From IMG/VR virus record IMGVR_UViG_3300035139_000043, positions 1-24,710 of that record: 24,710 nt of DNA; one strand, written 5' to 3'. This DNA is from a virus (lineage: Duplodnaviria > Caudoviricetes). The notes beneath the pieces are model-generated. The model was not told where the DNA came from. It did not search any database and saw only the letters and a list, made by a program, of their open reading frames with translations. Position 1 is the stretch's first letter. The number at the start of each line of letters is the position of its first letter. The position numbers and the translations under genes were made by a program. Shown one piece after another: positions 7,530 to 17,113 of the stretch.

Positions 7530-8503
7530 TGTCAAATTTTGGTGGTCCTAATAGTGCATTTGAAAAAGATTTTGCTTTAAGATTTCAAAGCTTGTCAAAG
7601 AAACTAACAAAGCTTGAAACATCTTTGCAGAAACTATTGGTATCATCAATTAATGGAGCAAAAGCAAGTATTGGATATTGGAAAGCAATTGAAGCTGAAA
7701 TGAATTATATCTATGCACAAATGATTGCCCAATTTGATACATGGTCGTTACAGCAAATCCCAAAAAGGTATAAAAATAGTCTATATACAATTAATCAAAG
7801 AATAAAAAGAAATAAATCAATTCTTGCAATTGGAAAAAGAACTACAACAGCATTATGGAATAGTAATGCTTCAAGGCAAATCGTAAATGCATTATATAAA
7901 GATGCAGCAGATTCTTTTGCTTCTGCTGCATTATCAGGAAAAAGAAATATACAACGATTATTAAGGCAAACACAACAGGCATTAATTAATGAAGGATTAG
8001 TTGATATTACTGTTGCTGTTGGTTTTGAAATGGGTGATTTAAGAAAAGCAGCAGATGCTTTATCTGGTGGTTTGTGGTCTGCACTTGATGAAGCTGTACA
8101 AAATAAACAATTTGTGCAAGCTGGAAGATATAAATATAAACCTGATTATTATGCTGAATTGGTTGCACGAACAAAATTTCATGATGCACATACACAAGCA
8201 GCACTTGCACAAGCAAGAAATTATGAAACTGATTTAGTGCAGGTTTCTTCCCATAATACTACAACACGAATTTGTATGCCATTTGAAGGGAAAATATTTT
8301 CTGTATCTGGAAATGATAATAGATTCCCACCTTTAAATGATTCACCACCTTATCACCCGAATTGTTTGCATTTAATTTATCCTACATTTATAGAAGCTTT
8401 GGAAGCTTCAAAACAATTAGATTCATTTTCAGCTTTTAGTAAAGGTGATATAGAAAAACCACCTGCACCTGCTGGTTTTATTCCAGTAGGGCAAAGGGCA
8501 TAA
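7529..8503 (+). CDS. Minor head protein (phage minor capsid 2 / SPP1 gp7 / Mu gpF-like)
   Basis: YAELVART...DLVQVSSH...ICMPFEGKIFS...PPYHPNCLH metal-binding signature. Confidence 0.88.
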   Translation: MSNFGGPNSAFEKDFALRFQSLSKKLTKLETSLQKLLVSSINGAKASIGYWKAIEAEMNYIYAQMIAQFDTWSLQQIPKRYKNSLYTINQRIKRNKSILAIGKRTTTALWNSNASRQIVNALYKDAADSFASAALSGKRNIQRLLRQTQQALINEGLVDITVAVGFEMGDLRKAADALSGGLWSALDEAVQNKQFVQAGRYKYKPDYYAELVARTKFHDAHTQAALAQARNYETDLVQVSSHNTTTRICMPFEGKIFSVSGNDNRFPPLNDSPPYHPNCLHLIYPTFIEALEASKQLDSFSAFSKGDIEKPPAPAGFIPVGQRA

Positions 8504-8504
8504 T

Positions 8505-8831
8505 ATGCAGATTTATTTTACTGATGAAGTTATGATTTATAATAATTCTACTGATCCAAATTTTAGAACTAAAACAGTTTTAAATTCTTTTGAATCAAAA
8601 GCATATATAGAAGAAAATAGTGAAATTAAATATAATGCAACTGGACAACCTATTGATCCTGAAGTTTGGGTTTTTCTTCCACCAAATACAGAAATTCATT
8701 TAGGGGATGATATAGAAATTATTAAATTTCATGGGAATGATCCGACAGCACAAGAATCAGGAAGGCGTCAAGTAAAAAGAATACATAAAGCAGGTGCATT
8801 TAAACAATCACATTTGGAAGTATTGATTTAA
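8505..8831 (+). CDS. Head closure (stopper) protein
   Basis: 108-aa beta-rich protein; VFLPPNTEIHLGDDI...HLEV pattern; synteny. Confidence 0.7.
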   Translation: MQIYFTDEVMIYNNSTDPNFRTKTVLNSFESKAYIEENSEIKYNATGQPIDPEVWVFLPPNTEIHLGDDIEIIKFHGNDPTAQESGRRQVKRIHKAGAFKQSHLEVLI

Positions 8832-9319
8832 TGGCAAAAGCTGCACGTTTAGAAATGACAGTTAATTTAAAACCCTTGCAAAGATTAGCACGTAAATCAC
8901 CTGCTATGTTTCAAAAAGCATTAGAAAAAGGTGCAATACAATTTTTAACATGGGCAAATACTGGTTCATCTGGTTCAAAGGAATCAAGAAAACCACCTAT
9001 TAGGTGGGGTGTTTTGCGTGGTTCATCTTCTGCATTTGTTGGGAATAAACTTGTAAAAATATATGAATTAACTATTAATTCTGAATCACCTGAAAGACCT
9101 GATCCTGCAAAAACACATTCTGCTAAACCACTAACAGCAACTTTTGTTTGGAATACAGATTATGCAAATAAAATGCATGAATGGCAAGGTGGGTGGGGAA
9201 GGTTTACAGTTCAAGATTCTGATGCTGGTAATAAATGGGTTGAAAAACATTTGCAAGCAGATAAAGATTTATTAATGGAAGTTATCGGTCGAGCATATAA
9301 AAGGGAATCAGGTATATGA
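8831..9319 (+). CDS. Neck/tail completion protein (HK97 gp10-like)
   Basis: PPIRWGVLRGS...NTDYANKMHE...AGNKWVE matches the P-x-x-x-G-x-LR-x-S / YA-x-x-x-HE signature. Confidence 0.82.
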   Translation: MAKAARLEMTVNLKPLQRLARKSPAMFQKALEKGAIQFLTWANTGSSGSKESRKPPIRWGVLRGSSSAFVGNKLVKIYELTINSESPERPDPAKTHSAKPLTATFVWNTDYANKMHEWQGGWGRFTVQDSDAGNKWVEKHLQADKDLLMEVIGRAYKRESGI

Positions 9320-9705
9320 TTTATAATTTAGTGCAATATGTAATTAATAATTTATCTTCTTTAAATATTATTGCAAATGGTTTTGATCCTGATTCAAATT
9401 CTGATCAAATTATGATTAATGTTACTGGTGGAGAACCACAACATTTTTATAATAGAACTGACTGGACAGTACAAATTTTAAGCAGAAGTAAAAATGTAAC
9501 AACAGCAAAAAAACAAATAGAGCAGGTTTATAATTTATTAAAAAATAAATTCGGTATTGTTTTGCCACAAGTAATTGTTGATGGTGTTACCTATCCAACA
9601 ATTACAGCATGGCAAATATCACCAATTCAAGCACCTGGTTATTTAGGTGCAAATCAAGAAAGCATAGAAATGTTTTCTTTTAATTCTATTGTAACAACTT
9701 CATAA
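9316..9705 (+). CDS. Tail terminator protein
   Basis: 129 aa directly before the tail tube; TGG...VQILSRS...FSFN pattern. Confidence 0.78.
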   Translation: MIYNLVQYVINNLSSLNIIANGFDPDSNSDQIMINVTGGEPQHFYNRTDWTVQILSRSKNVTTAKKQIEQVYNLLKNKFGIVLPQVIVDGVTYPTITAWQISPIQAPGYLGANQESIEMFSFNSIVTTS

Positions 9706-9725
9706 ATTTAAGGAGTGAAAAAGAA

Positions 9726-10652
9726 ATGAGTTTTGGTGGAACGGTTTTTGAAGGAATTTCAAAACTATTTGATGGACCTTTAGGTGTAGTACAGGTTGCA
9801 TTTGAAGGTTTTGATTTAGGGAAAACAACTGCTGATACTTTGCTTACACCTGATCAAGATGTAAAGGATATTCTTTATCAGCAAGATGGTACAAAAGCTG
9901 CTGATCATGTAAGAACTGGAATTGATTATATTTTAAATGTTACTTTTGGTGAAATTAAAACTGGTTTGCTTGTACAGCTAATGTCTGGTTTGTCAAGTGA
10001 AAATACAAACCCTGCTGATGATGCTGGTACAGTTGGTAGAAGTATTTACCAATCTATGCGTGATCTTGAAGCTGGTGTTTTGCGTGTTGGTGCAGTTGAT
10101 GAAAATGGTGTACCCCTGGAAGATGATTACAACACTATGTGGTTTTATGAAGCTATCCCAATTGTAAATGGTGATCTTGTTAATTGGGGTGCTGATACAC
10201 AAAGGAATTTGCCTGTTCAGTTCCGTATTAAATGGCATAGATTTTCAACAGGGGAATCGACAACTAAAGTAGGTGCATTTGGCTATTGGGGTGATCCTAC
10301 TGGTGAAGATGTACCTGCTGTTGTTTGGCCTGATGTTGCTGGTCCTGTAATTCTAACTGCTGAAGCTACAGATGCAGTTACACTTGAAATTACATTTGAT
10401 GAAAATATTGCCTTTGTTGGTGCATCTTTCAGTGCAGCAGATTATGTTGCAAAAGCAGATGATGAATTTTTTGTACCGACAAATGGTGTAATTGCATCAG
10501 CACTATTAACCTTAACATTCCCTGCATCAACATTTGTTGCTGGTGATGTAATTAGGTTTTATATGTCTGGTGATGCAATTGAAGATTTGGAAACTACACC
10601 TAATGTTGCAGGTGCAGTAAATGATTTACCTGTAACTAACAGTGTACCATAA
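9726..10652 (+). CDS. Major tail tube protein with a C-terminal Ig-like (SwmB-repeat-like) domain
   Basis: Strong RBS; N-terminal LG.V.V.F.G.DLGKT tube motif; residues from 10332 (DVAGPVIL...LEITFDENI...LTLTF...GDVIRFY...IED...VTN) look Ig-like. Confidence 0.88.
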   Translation: MSFGGTVFEGISKLFDGPLGVVQVAFEGFDLGKTTADTLLTPDQDVKDILYQQDGTKAADHVRTGIDYILNVTFGEIKTGLLVQLMSGLSSENTNPADDAGTVGRSIYQSMRDLEAGVLRVGAVDENGVPLEDDYNTMWFYEAIPIVNGDLVNWGADTQRNLPVQFRIKWHRFSTGESTTKVGAFGYWGDPTGEDVPAVVWPDVAGPVILTAEATDAVTLEITFDENIAFVGASFSAADYVAKADDEFFVPTNGVIASALLTLTFPASTFVAGDVIRFYMSGDAIEDLETTPNVAGAVNDLPVTNSVP

Positions 10653-10674
10653 TTAAAAATTAGAAAGGGTTTTG

Positions 10675-10750
10675 AATGGTGGGGATTAAATATCAATTTT
10701 ATTATTATTCTTCCTCTAATTAATAAAATTGTTCCCCACCATTTTATTTT
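10675..10750 (+). other. Long interrupted RNA hairpin between the tail tube and chaperone genes
   Basis: Outer stem AATGGTGGGGA 10675-10685 / TCCCCACCATT 10733-10743; inner stem CAATTTTATTA 10694-10704 / TAATAAAATTG 10721-10731; T-rich tail. Confidence 0.75.
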
Positions 10751-10772
10751 AATTAAAAAGGAGATTTGAGAA

Positions 10773-11093
10773 ATGGCAAAATTTGTTGCACAAAAATTAG
10801 ATTTAGATTTGGAACTAACAACTTTAAAAGGTGAAGAAATTATAGTTGTTCCAAAAGAATTTATTAATGCACAAAAATGTGTTGAAATAATGAACCACTG
10901 GACAAAACTTGAAAATGCAGCAAAAAAAGATAAAGATTCAAATCCTTTAGAAACAATTGCTATTGAATTAGCTATGATTTATGATAAAGATAAAAATTGG
11001 TTTTTAGAAAATATTGAACCTGGAACATTAACGGAAATTCTGGTTTATGTTGCAGAAACAATTGGTGGGGTTAAAAAAAACTTGAAGAAATAG
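10773..11093 (+). CDS. Tail assembly chaperone (gpG-like)
   Basis: Between tail tube and tape measure; AAGGAG RBS; ends just after a slippery site. Confidence 0.85.
   Translation: MAKFVAQKLDLDLELTTLKGEEIIVVPKEFINAQKCVEIMNHWTKLENAAKKDKDSNPLETIAIELAMIYDKDKNWFLENIEPGTLTEILVYVAETIGGVKKNLKK
11075..11081 (+). other. -1 programmed ribosomal frameshift site A-AAA-AAC
   Basis: X XXY YYZ heptamer in the frame of 10773..11093; the -1 frame is open from 11075 to 11443. Confidence 0.85.
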
Positions 11094-11443
11094 AATTAAT
11101 TTTATATTTGATTGAATTAGGTTTTAGTATAACTGATTCAATAATTTTAATTGATAGATATGATGTTGTATTAGATAATTTTCTTGAAAAATTAACAAAC
11201 AGCAAAAGAAAAAAAGAATTAGTCAATTTATTAGAACAATCAAATTTATTGTCTGTTGTTCAAAATGTTGGAACTAAAAAAGGCAATCCGATCTTTTATA
11301 AATACAGGCAACAGTTGGTAAATGAACTGGATGAATTATATAAAAAGAAAAAAGAAACTGTTTTTGAAAGGTTGAAGAAATTAAAAACAAAAGGAACTAA
11401 TACAGTATTTGATCGGTTAAAGTATATGAAGGGTGTTAAATAA
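11081..11443 (+). CDS. C-terminal (T) part of the frameshifted chaperone gpGT (about 223 aa in total)
   Basis: The -1 frame reads LEEIELILYLIELGFS...; the track's TTG start at 11108 has no SD; the stop overlaps the tape measure ATG. Confidence 0.82.
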   Translation, partial: LEEIELILYLIELGFSITDSIILIDRYDVVLDNFLEKLTNSKRKKELVNLLEQSNLLSVVQNVGTKKGNPIFYKYRQQLVNELDELYKKKKETVFERLKKLKTKGTNTVFDRLKYMKGVK

Positions 11444-13896
11444 TGGCATTTAAAGCTGGTGCTATTTATGGTGAAGCAATATTAGACACAAAAAAATGGC
11501 AAGGTGGATTAGGAAAATTAACTAAATCTGCTGGTATTGCTGCTGCTGCAATAGGTGCTGCTTTTGTTGCTGCTATGACAAAAGCTGTAGCAACTGCAAA
11601 CGAATTTCAAAAAGCTATGTCTAATGTTGCAACAATTGTTGATACAACACAAGTTGATTTACAGGGATTAGCTACAGAAGTTTTAACATTAAATCCAGCT
11701 TTAGGTGATGCAACAGAATTAACACAAGGTTTATATCAGGCTTTTTCTGCTGGTGCAGGTACAGCAGAGGAAGCTATGAAAACTACAACTGATGCAGCTA
11801 TGTTTGCAAAAGCTGCTTTAACTGATACATTTACTGCTGTTGATGTTTTAACAACTGCTGTTAATGCTTATGGTCGAGAAACAATAAATACAACACAAGC
11901 TTCTGATATTTTCTTTAAAACAATTCAATTTGGTAAAGTAACTGGTGATCAATTAGCTTCAACAATTGGTCAATCAATACCCTTGTTTGCATCTTCAGGT
12001 ATTGCACTTGAAGAATTAGCTTCAGGAATTGCAGCTATGACAAAACAAGGTGTTAGTGCTGCAAATGCTACAACACAATTAAATGCAATTGTTAATTCAT
12101 TTTTAAAACCTTCACAAGCTATGACAGAAGCACTTGAAGAAATGGGTTATGCTTCAGGTTCTGCTTTTCTTGAAGCTGAAGGTTTAGCAGGTGCATTACG
12201 ATTAGTTGAAGAAAGAACTGATGGTGATGCTGCTGCTATGTCTGCACTTATGCCAAATATTAGGGCATTACGTGGTGCTATGGCATTAACTGGTGTAGGT
12301 GGTGAAGAGTTTACAAATACCCTTGAAGCTATGGGTGATGCTGCTGGTGCAACAGAAGAGGCATTTAATAAACAAGAAAAAACATTTGAAACACTAAGAA
12401 ATTCAACAAATAATTTATTAACTGTTGTAGGGAATGTTGGTAAAGTTTTTGTTGATGAAATAGCAGTTGGTGCAACACAAGCTACACAAGCTATGATTCA
12501 ATTTTTGCTTTCTTCTGAAGGTATGAATGTTGTTTCAAATATAATTGGTGGGTTAGCAGGTGCATTTGAATTAGTTAAAACAATTGCTGTTCCTTTAATA
12601 GAAACTATGCGTGATGTTTGGGGTGGAGTATTTGAAACAATACGTGATGCACTTGCAGATATTACAGGTGAAGCAACTGGTGGAGCAGGTGCATTAAAAT
12701 TACTTTCTTTGGTTGTTAATCTTTCAACTTCTGCATTAACTGTAATGGGAAAAGTTTTGCAGGGATTAATTAGATTAATTGCTGATCTTGTAATTGGAAT
12801 CAGGGAAAGTATAGATACAGTTGGTACATTCTTTGATTTTTTACGTGGTGAAGCTACATGGGAAGATGTAAAAGCTAATGCAAAAGAAGCTGGTGGTGCA
12901 TTTAAAGATTTAGGACAGAATTTTATTACAAGTGTAGGCGCTGTTTATGAAACTGTTAGAAATGAAATAGAAACTTTTGCTGGTGATACTGAAGAATTAA
13001 CTGCTGATTTAAATGCTAATATTCAAACATCTTTTCAAAATACAAGGGATAATGTCCGCACCAATTGGGGTGAAATGGTAACTGGACAAAAAGATTTAGT
13101 TACAGCTTTAAATGATGCATCTGCTGAATTGGTTACTGGTGTACAAAATCAAAATGATGATATTAAAGATGATACAGACGAAACAGTTGATGAACTTGAA
13201 GCAACATGGGAAGATTATTTTGATAGTATAAATCAAGGGTTTAGTTCTGTTTTTTCTTCAATTGGTAATTTGTCAACTATGGCATATCAAAATGAAAAAG
13301 ATAGATTGGATTTAGCATTACAGGAACAATTAGATGATCTTGAAGAAAAAAGACAACAGGGAATAATAACAGAAGAAAACTATGAAGCACAAAAAGAAAG
13401 CATAGAAGCAGAAGCTTTAGAAAAATCAAATGCACTTGCAGAAAAACAATTTGAATCACAAAAGAAATTTCAAACAGCACAAGTTTGGATTGATACAGCA
13501 GGTGCAATTGTTGGGTGGTGGCGAGCAGCAACACGATTAGGTCCGATTGCTGGACCAATTTTTGGTGGAGTAATGACAGCAGCATCATTAGCTTTAGCTG
13601 CTGCACAAACTGCTTTAATTGCACAACAGGTTTTTGTTCCTTCAAGGCAACAGGGTGGAATGACAGCAGGTGCAACACGTGTTAATGAAGCTGGTGGTGA
13701 AATTATTACTTTGCCTGATGGATCACAAGTAATTCCAAATGACATTTCAAGGCAAATTGCAGATAATATTGCTGGTACTGGAAACAATATTAATGTTTCT
13801 TTTGCTGGTGCAAAAATATCTGATGAAATGGATTTAAACAGAGTAACCGATCAAGTAATTAAAAAACTTGGTAGGGAATTAAGGTTAGCAGTATGA
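11443..13896 (+). CDS. Tail tape measure protein (TP901-like core)
   Basis: 817 aa, Ala-rich; FQKAMSNVAT, GLYQAFSAG, GKVTGDQLA, A.TQLNAI...LKPS; C-terminal GG...VNEAGGE motif. Confidence 0.95.
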   Translation: MAFKAGAIYGEAILDTKKWQGGLGKLTKSAGIAAAAIGAAFVAAMTKAVATANEFQKAMSNVATIVDTTQVDLQGLATEVLTLNPALGDATELTQGLYQAFSAGAGTAEEAMKTTTDAAMFAKAALTDTFTAVDVLTTAVNAYGRETINTTQASDIFFKTIQFGKVTGDQLASTIGQSIPLFASSGIALEELASGIAAMTKQGVSAANATTQLNAIVNSFLKPSQAMTEALEEMGYASGSAFLEAEGLAGALRLVEERTDGDAAAMSALMPNIRALRGAMALTGVGGEEFTNTLEAMGDAAGATEEAFNKQEKTFETLRNSTNNLLTVVGNVGKVFVDEIAVGATQATQAMIQFLLSSEGMNVVSNIIGGLAGAFELVKTIAVPLIETMRDVWGGVFETIRDALADITGEATGGAGALKLLSLVVNLSTSALTVMGKVLQGLIRLIADLVIGIRESIDTVGTFFDFLRGEATWEDVKANAKEAGGAFKDLGQNFITSVGAVYETVRNEIETFAGDTEELTADLNANIQTSFQNTRDNVRTNWGEMVTGQKDLVTALNDASAELVTGVQNQNDDIKDDTDETVDELEATWEDYFDSINQGFSSVFSSIGNLSTMAYQNEKDRLDLALQEQLDDLEEKRQQGIITEENYEAQKESIEAEALEKSNALAEKQFESQKKFQTAQVWIDTAGAIVGWWRAATRLGPIAGPIFGGVMTAASLALAAAQTALIAQQVFVPSRQQGGMTAGATRVNEAGGEIITLPDGSQVIPNDISRQIADNIAGTGNNINVSFAGAKISDEMDLNRVTDQVIKKLGRELRLAV

Positions 13897-14705
13897 TTGA
13901 ATATGCATTACGTGATGATGCAGGTAATGAATTAGATTTAAATGATGTTACTATTTTACAACCTGCACGTGGAAGTTTAACCTATGATTCAGATATATTT
14001 TCTTTTGAAAATGAATTAATACCAAATTCTGCATTACCTGGATCGGTTAAAGTTGGTAAAATAAGAACACGATCAAGGCAAATTGTTTTAACATTTTCAC
14101 GTGCATTAGGTACTGATAAAGTTGGTGAAGAAAATTCTGATGATTTTAGATCAGCAGAAAATGAATTAATTTCATTTCTTTTTAAAACAACAGAATTAAG
14201 GGATAACACAAATAATTTAAAAATACCTATTGCACCTGTAGATTATAATATTTCATATGATAGGGGTGGGCATAAAATAGGTGCAGATATTCAATTTACT
14301 TTAGAATTACTTGATCCTTTTTGGTCTGCTATAACAGCAATAGTTTATACACAATCAATACCAATAGGAACAACATTAATTTCTGTTACTAATAGTGGGT
14401 TTGCATCTGTTCCACCTTATATTGTACTTGATGCAATTGCACCTGTAACAGAATTTCAAATATATATTGAATCTACAAAGGAAGGTATTCAACTTTCTGA
14501 AGATGTTTTTGGTCAAACTGGTTTTGGTGAATTAATAATTGATTGTATTAATGGTTTAGTTTCAATTGGTGATTTGGATAGAACTATTTCAATTCTTCCA
14601 GGTACAGGATTTTTTACTATACCTGTTGGAACATCTAATTTAGTTATTGTTACTGATGCAATATTTGATTTTACTATGAACTTTAATGAAAGGTTTTATA
14701 TTTAA
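13893..14705 (+). CDS. Distal tail protein (Dit)
   Basis: After the TMP; R-x-I-x-L, LELLDPFW, VTNSG...P, LIIDC..G, FFTIPVG.SNL siphophage Dit pattern. Confidence 0.85.
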   Translation: MIEYALRDDAGNELDLNDVTILQPARGSLTYDSDIFSFENELIPNSALPGSVKVGKIRTRSRQIVLTFSRALGTDKVGEENSDDFRSAENELISFLFKTTELRDNTNNLKIPIAPVDYNISYDRGGHKIGADIQFTLELLDPFWSAITAIVYTQSIPIGTTLISVTNSGFASVPPYIVLDAIAPVTEFQIYIESTKEGIQLSEDVFGQTGFGELIIDCINGLVSIGDLDRTISILPGTGFFTIPVGTSNLVIVTDAIFDFTMNFNERFYI

Positions 14706-17101
14706 TGCCCGAATTTGAAGTAATTAGTCCACCTGAAGGAATACAATTACAATTAAGATCACCAACAGGTGAAGTATTAGCTTATTTATCTGATACAGAT
14801 AAATCAGGTGCAATATTAAATGCTCAAATTGTAGAAAGAAAAATTGGTGGTGTAGAAAAATTTAGTTTTCAAATTTCAAGTGATAATGATTTACCTATTA
14901 CAAGAAATACAGAATGTTTTTTCTATGTATCAGGTGTTTTACGCTTTATCGGTCAAGTTGTAGAAATTCCTTTGCCTGATCAAGATGATCCTGTATTAGA
15001 AATTAGGGGTGAAGGATTTTATAAAAATCTTTATAAAAAAGTTATTAATGAAAATTATTCATCTGCTAACCTGGAAGATATTATTAATGATATTTGCTCT
15101 AATTATCTTGGTGCAGATATTGATATATTTTATAATTCTTTTAAAATTGATGTTCCTAATTTAACAAATATAACGGTTGAATTTAAAGATAAGAATTTAT
15201 TTCAGGTATTTTCTACTATTTTACAAATAGCAAATTATGATTATGATAATGCTAAATATAGATTTTATGTTGATAATGAAAAGGATTTTGTATTTGAATT
15301 ATTGCCTGAAGAATTAAGAACAGGTTTATTTGAAGGTTATCAATATCAAACACCTGAAGTTACAGAAGATAATTCAAACATAATAAATAAAATTCTTACT
15401 TTTAGAACAACTGTTGCTGATCCTAAAGCAGTTGAATATGTTAATACTTATGAAGATACTGAATCACAAGGAAGATTTGGTTTATTTGAAAAGAAAATAA
15501 CTTTTCCTGATTATATTGATACACCTACAATTGCAAATATTTGTGATTTTATTTTAGAAAGAAGATCACTTCCCCAAACAAAAATTGCAGTTACTAAATC
15601 TGAAGTATTTAGAAAAGATAGAGTTAGTGCAGATTTAGGAACTATGAATAATGGTGCTGGTGAAGAACCTTGGAATTTAGATTTTGATTTAAGTACTACA
15701 GAACAAATCACATTAGCAACATCTATTAGAAGAGGATTAAGTGCAGTTGATTTTGGTAATTGGGCAATTTCAAATAAAAGAAATTTATTTTGGGAAATAA
15801 TAGCGGAATGTGATTCTTTAAATAATTGGGATTTATCTAATTTATCTGTAACAACTGCTGTACTTTCAGCAACACGTGTTTTAACTGGTAGACAATCAAT
15901 TAAATTTACTACTGGTTCTGGTTCAGATGGTGAATATGCAGAATTTGTTTTAGATCAAGAAATACCATTAGCACAATTGGCAAGATTATATATTTATTTT
16001 GAAGATACTGTTGATAAAATATCAATAATATTTTCTGATACTTTTGGAAATACAATTACTCTTGAATTTGGTTCAGTTGAAGGAACATTAGAAGTTGATA
16101 CTTCAACACCTGCAACAGATGATGCAGAAATTGATTATTCACTTGGAACAGATTTACTTGATGTAGATATTATAAATGCAGTTACATTTAATCAGTGGTT
16201 AAAACTTATTCAAAATATAGATTTACAAACTACCCTTTCAGGTTTTGAAGTTAAACCTAATGGTGGTTTATTTGATTTTCAAGTTGCTGCTGGTATTGAT
16301 TTTACTGATTTAATGGATCGTGGTAATTGTGAATCAACCGATCCACCTATGATACAAGGTGAAACAACACCTTTAAATGTTGGTGTTAGTTGGGCACGTT
16401 CTGCTGATCAAGCTGCTGAAGGTTCATTTAGTTATAAATTAACAAAAACTGATGGTACTGCTGGAAATAAATATATTTCCATTTTTGATAATGAAAGCAC
16501 AACTGATTTACATGGTTTGCTTCCTGGTAAAAGTTATAACATTAAATTAAAATATTATATTCCTTCAACTGGTGGTCCATCTTTAACAGGTGAATTTAGG
16601 TTACTTGTTCAAAATTATGTTTCTGGTGCATGGTCTGGTTTAGTTTCAGCAACAGGAACTAATCCTAAAGATGCATGGAATCAGTGGGATTTTGATTTTA
16701 CGATAGATGCTGCTGCAACAGGTATTAGAATTTGGTTTTATTTAGTTAGTTTAACACAAGTTGGTGAATTTGTTTATATAGATAATATAGAAATGCTTCA
16801 ACCTGTTGCTGAAGATTTTGAAGTTAGAGTTATAACTAATCCAGGTTTATTAAATGTTAAAACAATTAGAATTAATATGCTAACAAATAATGTTTTGAAT
16901 TTTTATTTAGATAGGATTGATGCATATGCAAATATTTACAAATACCATGAATTACAATTAGAAGAGGTTATTTTTAATTTAGCATCTAAATTGTTTACTG
17001 CTGAATTAAATTTTGGTGAATTAGAAGATAATATTATTGATGAAATTGATAAAAAAGTAGAGGAAGGGGATACTGCTTTAGCAATATTCTCTAAACAATA
17101 A
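14705..17101 (+). CDS. Baseplate hub / Tal-like protein with inserted carbohydrate-binding-like domains
   Basis: GGVEKFSF, FIGQV, IRGEGF...L, FYVD..KDFVF, IINKI, EDTESQGRFGLFEK hub motifs; jelly-roll-like segments at about 15800-16927. Confidence 0.82.
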   Translation: MPEFEVISPPEGIQLQLRSPTGEVLAYLSDTDKSGAILNAQIVERKIGGVEKFSFQISSDNDLPITRNTECFFYVSGVLRFIGQVVEIPLPDQDDPVLEIRGEGFYKNLYKKVINENYSSANLEDIINDICSNYLGADIDIFYNSFKIDVPNLTNITVEFKDKNLFQVFSTILQIANYDYDNAKYRFYVDNEKDFVFELLPEELRTGLFEGYQYQTPEVTEDNSNIINKILTFRTTVADPKAVEYVNTYEDTESQGRFGLFEKKITFPDYIDTPTIANICDFILERRSLPQTKIAVTKSEVFRKDRVSADLGTMNNGAGEEPWNLDFDLSTTEQITLATSIRRGLSAVDFGNWAISNKRNLFWEIIAECDSLNNWDLSNLSVTTAVLSATRVLTGRQSIKFTTGSGSDGEYAEFVLDQEIPLAQLARLYIYFEDTVDKISIIFSDTFGNTITLEFGSVEGTLEVDTSTPATDDAEIDYSLGTDLLDVDIINAVTFNQWLKLIQNIDLQTTLSGFEVKPNGGLFDFQVAAGIDFTDLMDRGNCESTDPPMIQGETTPLNVGVSWARSADQAAEGSFSYKLTKTDGTAGNKYISIFDNESTTDLHGLLPGKSYNIKLKYYIPSTGGPSLTGEFRLLVQNYVSGAWSGLVSATGTNPKDAWNQWDFDFTIDAAATGIRIWFYLVSLTQVGEFVYIDNIEMLQPVAEDFEVRVITNPGLLNVKTIRINMLTNNVLNFYLDRIDAYANIYKYHELQLEEVIFNLASKLFTAELNFGELEDNIIDEIDKKVEEGDTALAIFSKQ

Positions 17102-17113
17102 GGAGTTAAATTC

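Noticed and set aside
6835-10238. ORFs 6835..7044(-), 8007..8216(-), 8055..8237(+), 9993..10238(-)
   Set aside because: Short, inside conserved structural genes, with no RBS and no codon distortion like that at 4081-4298.
11108-11443. Independent gene starting at TTG 11108
   Set aside because: No SD; better explained as the -1 frameshift extension of 10773..11093.
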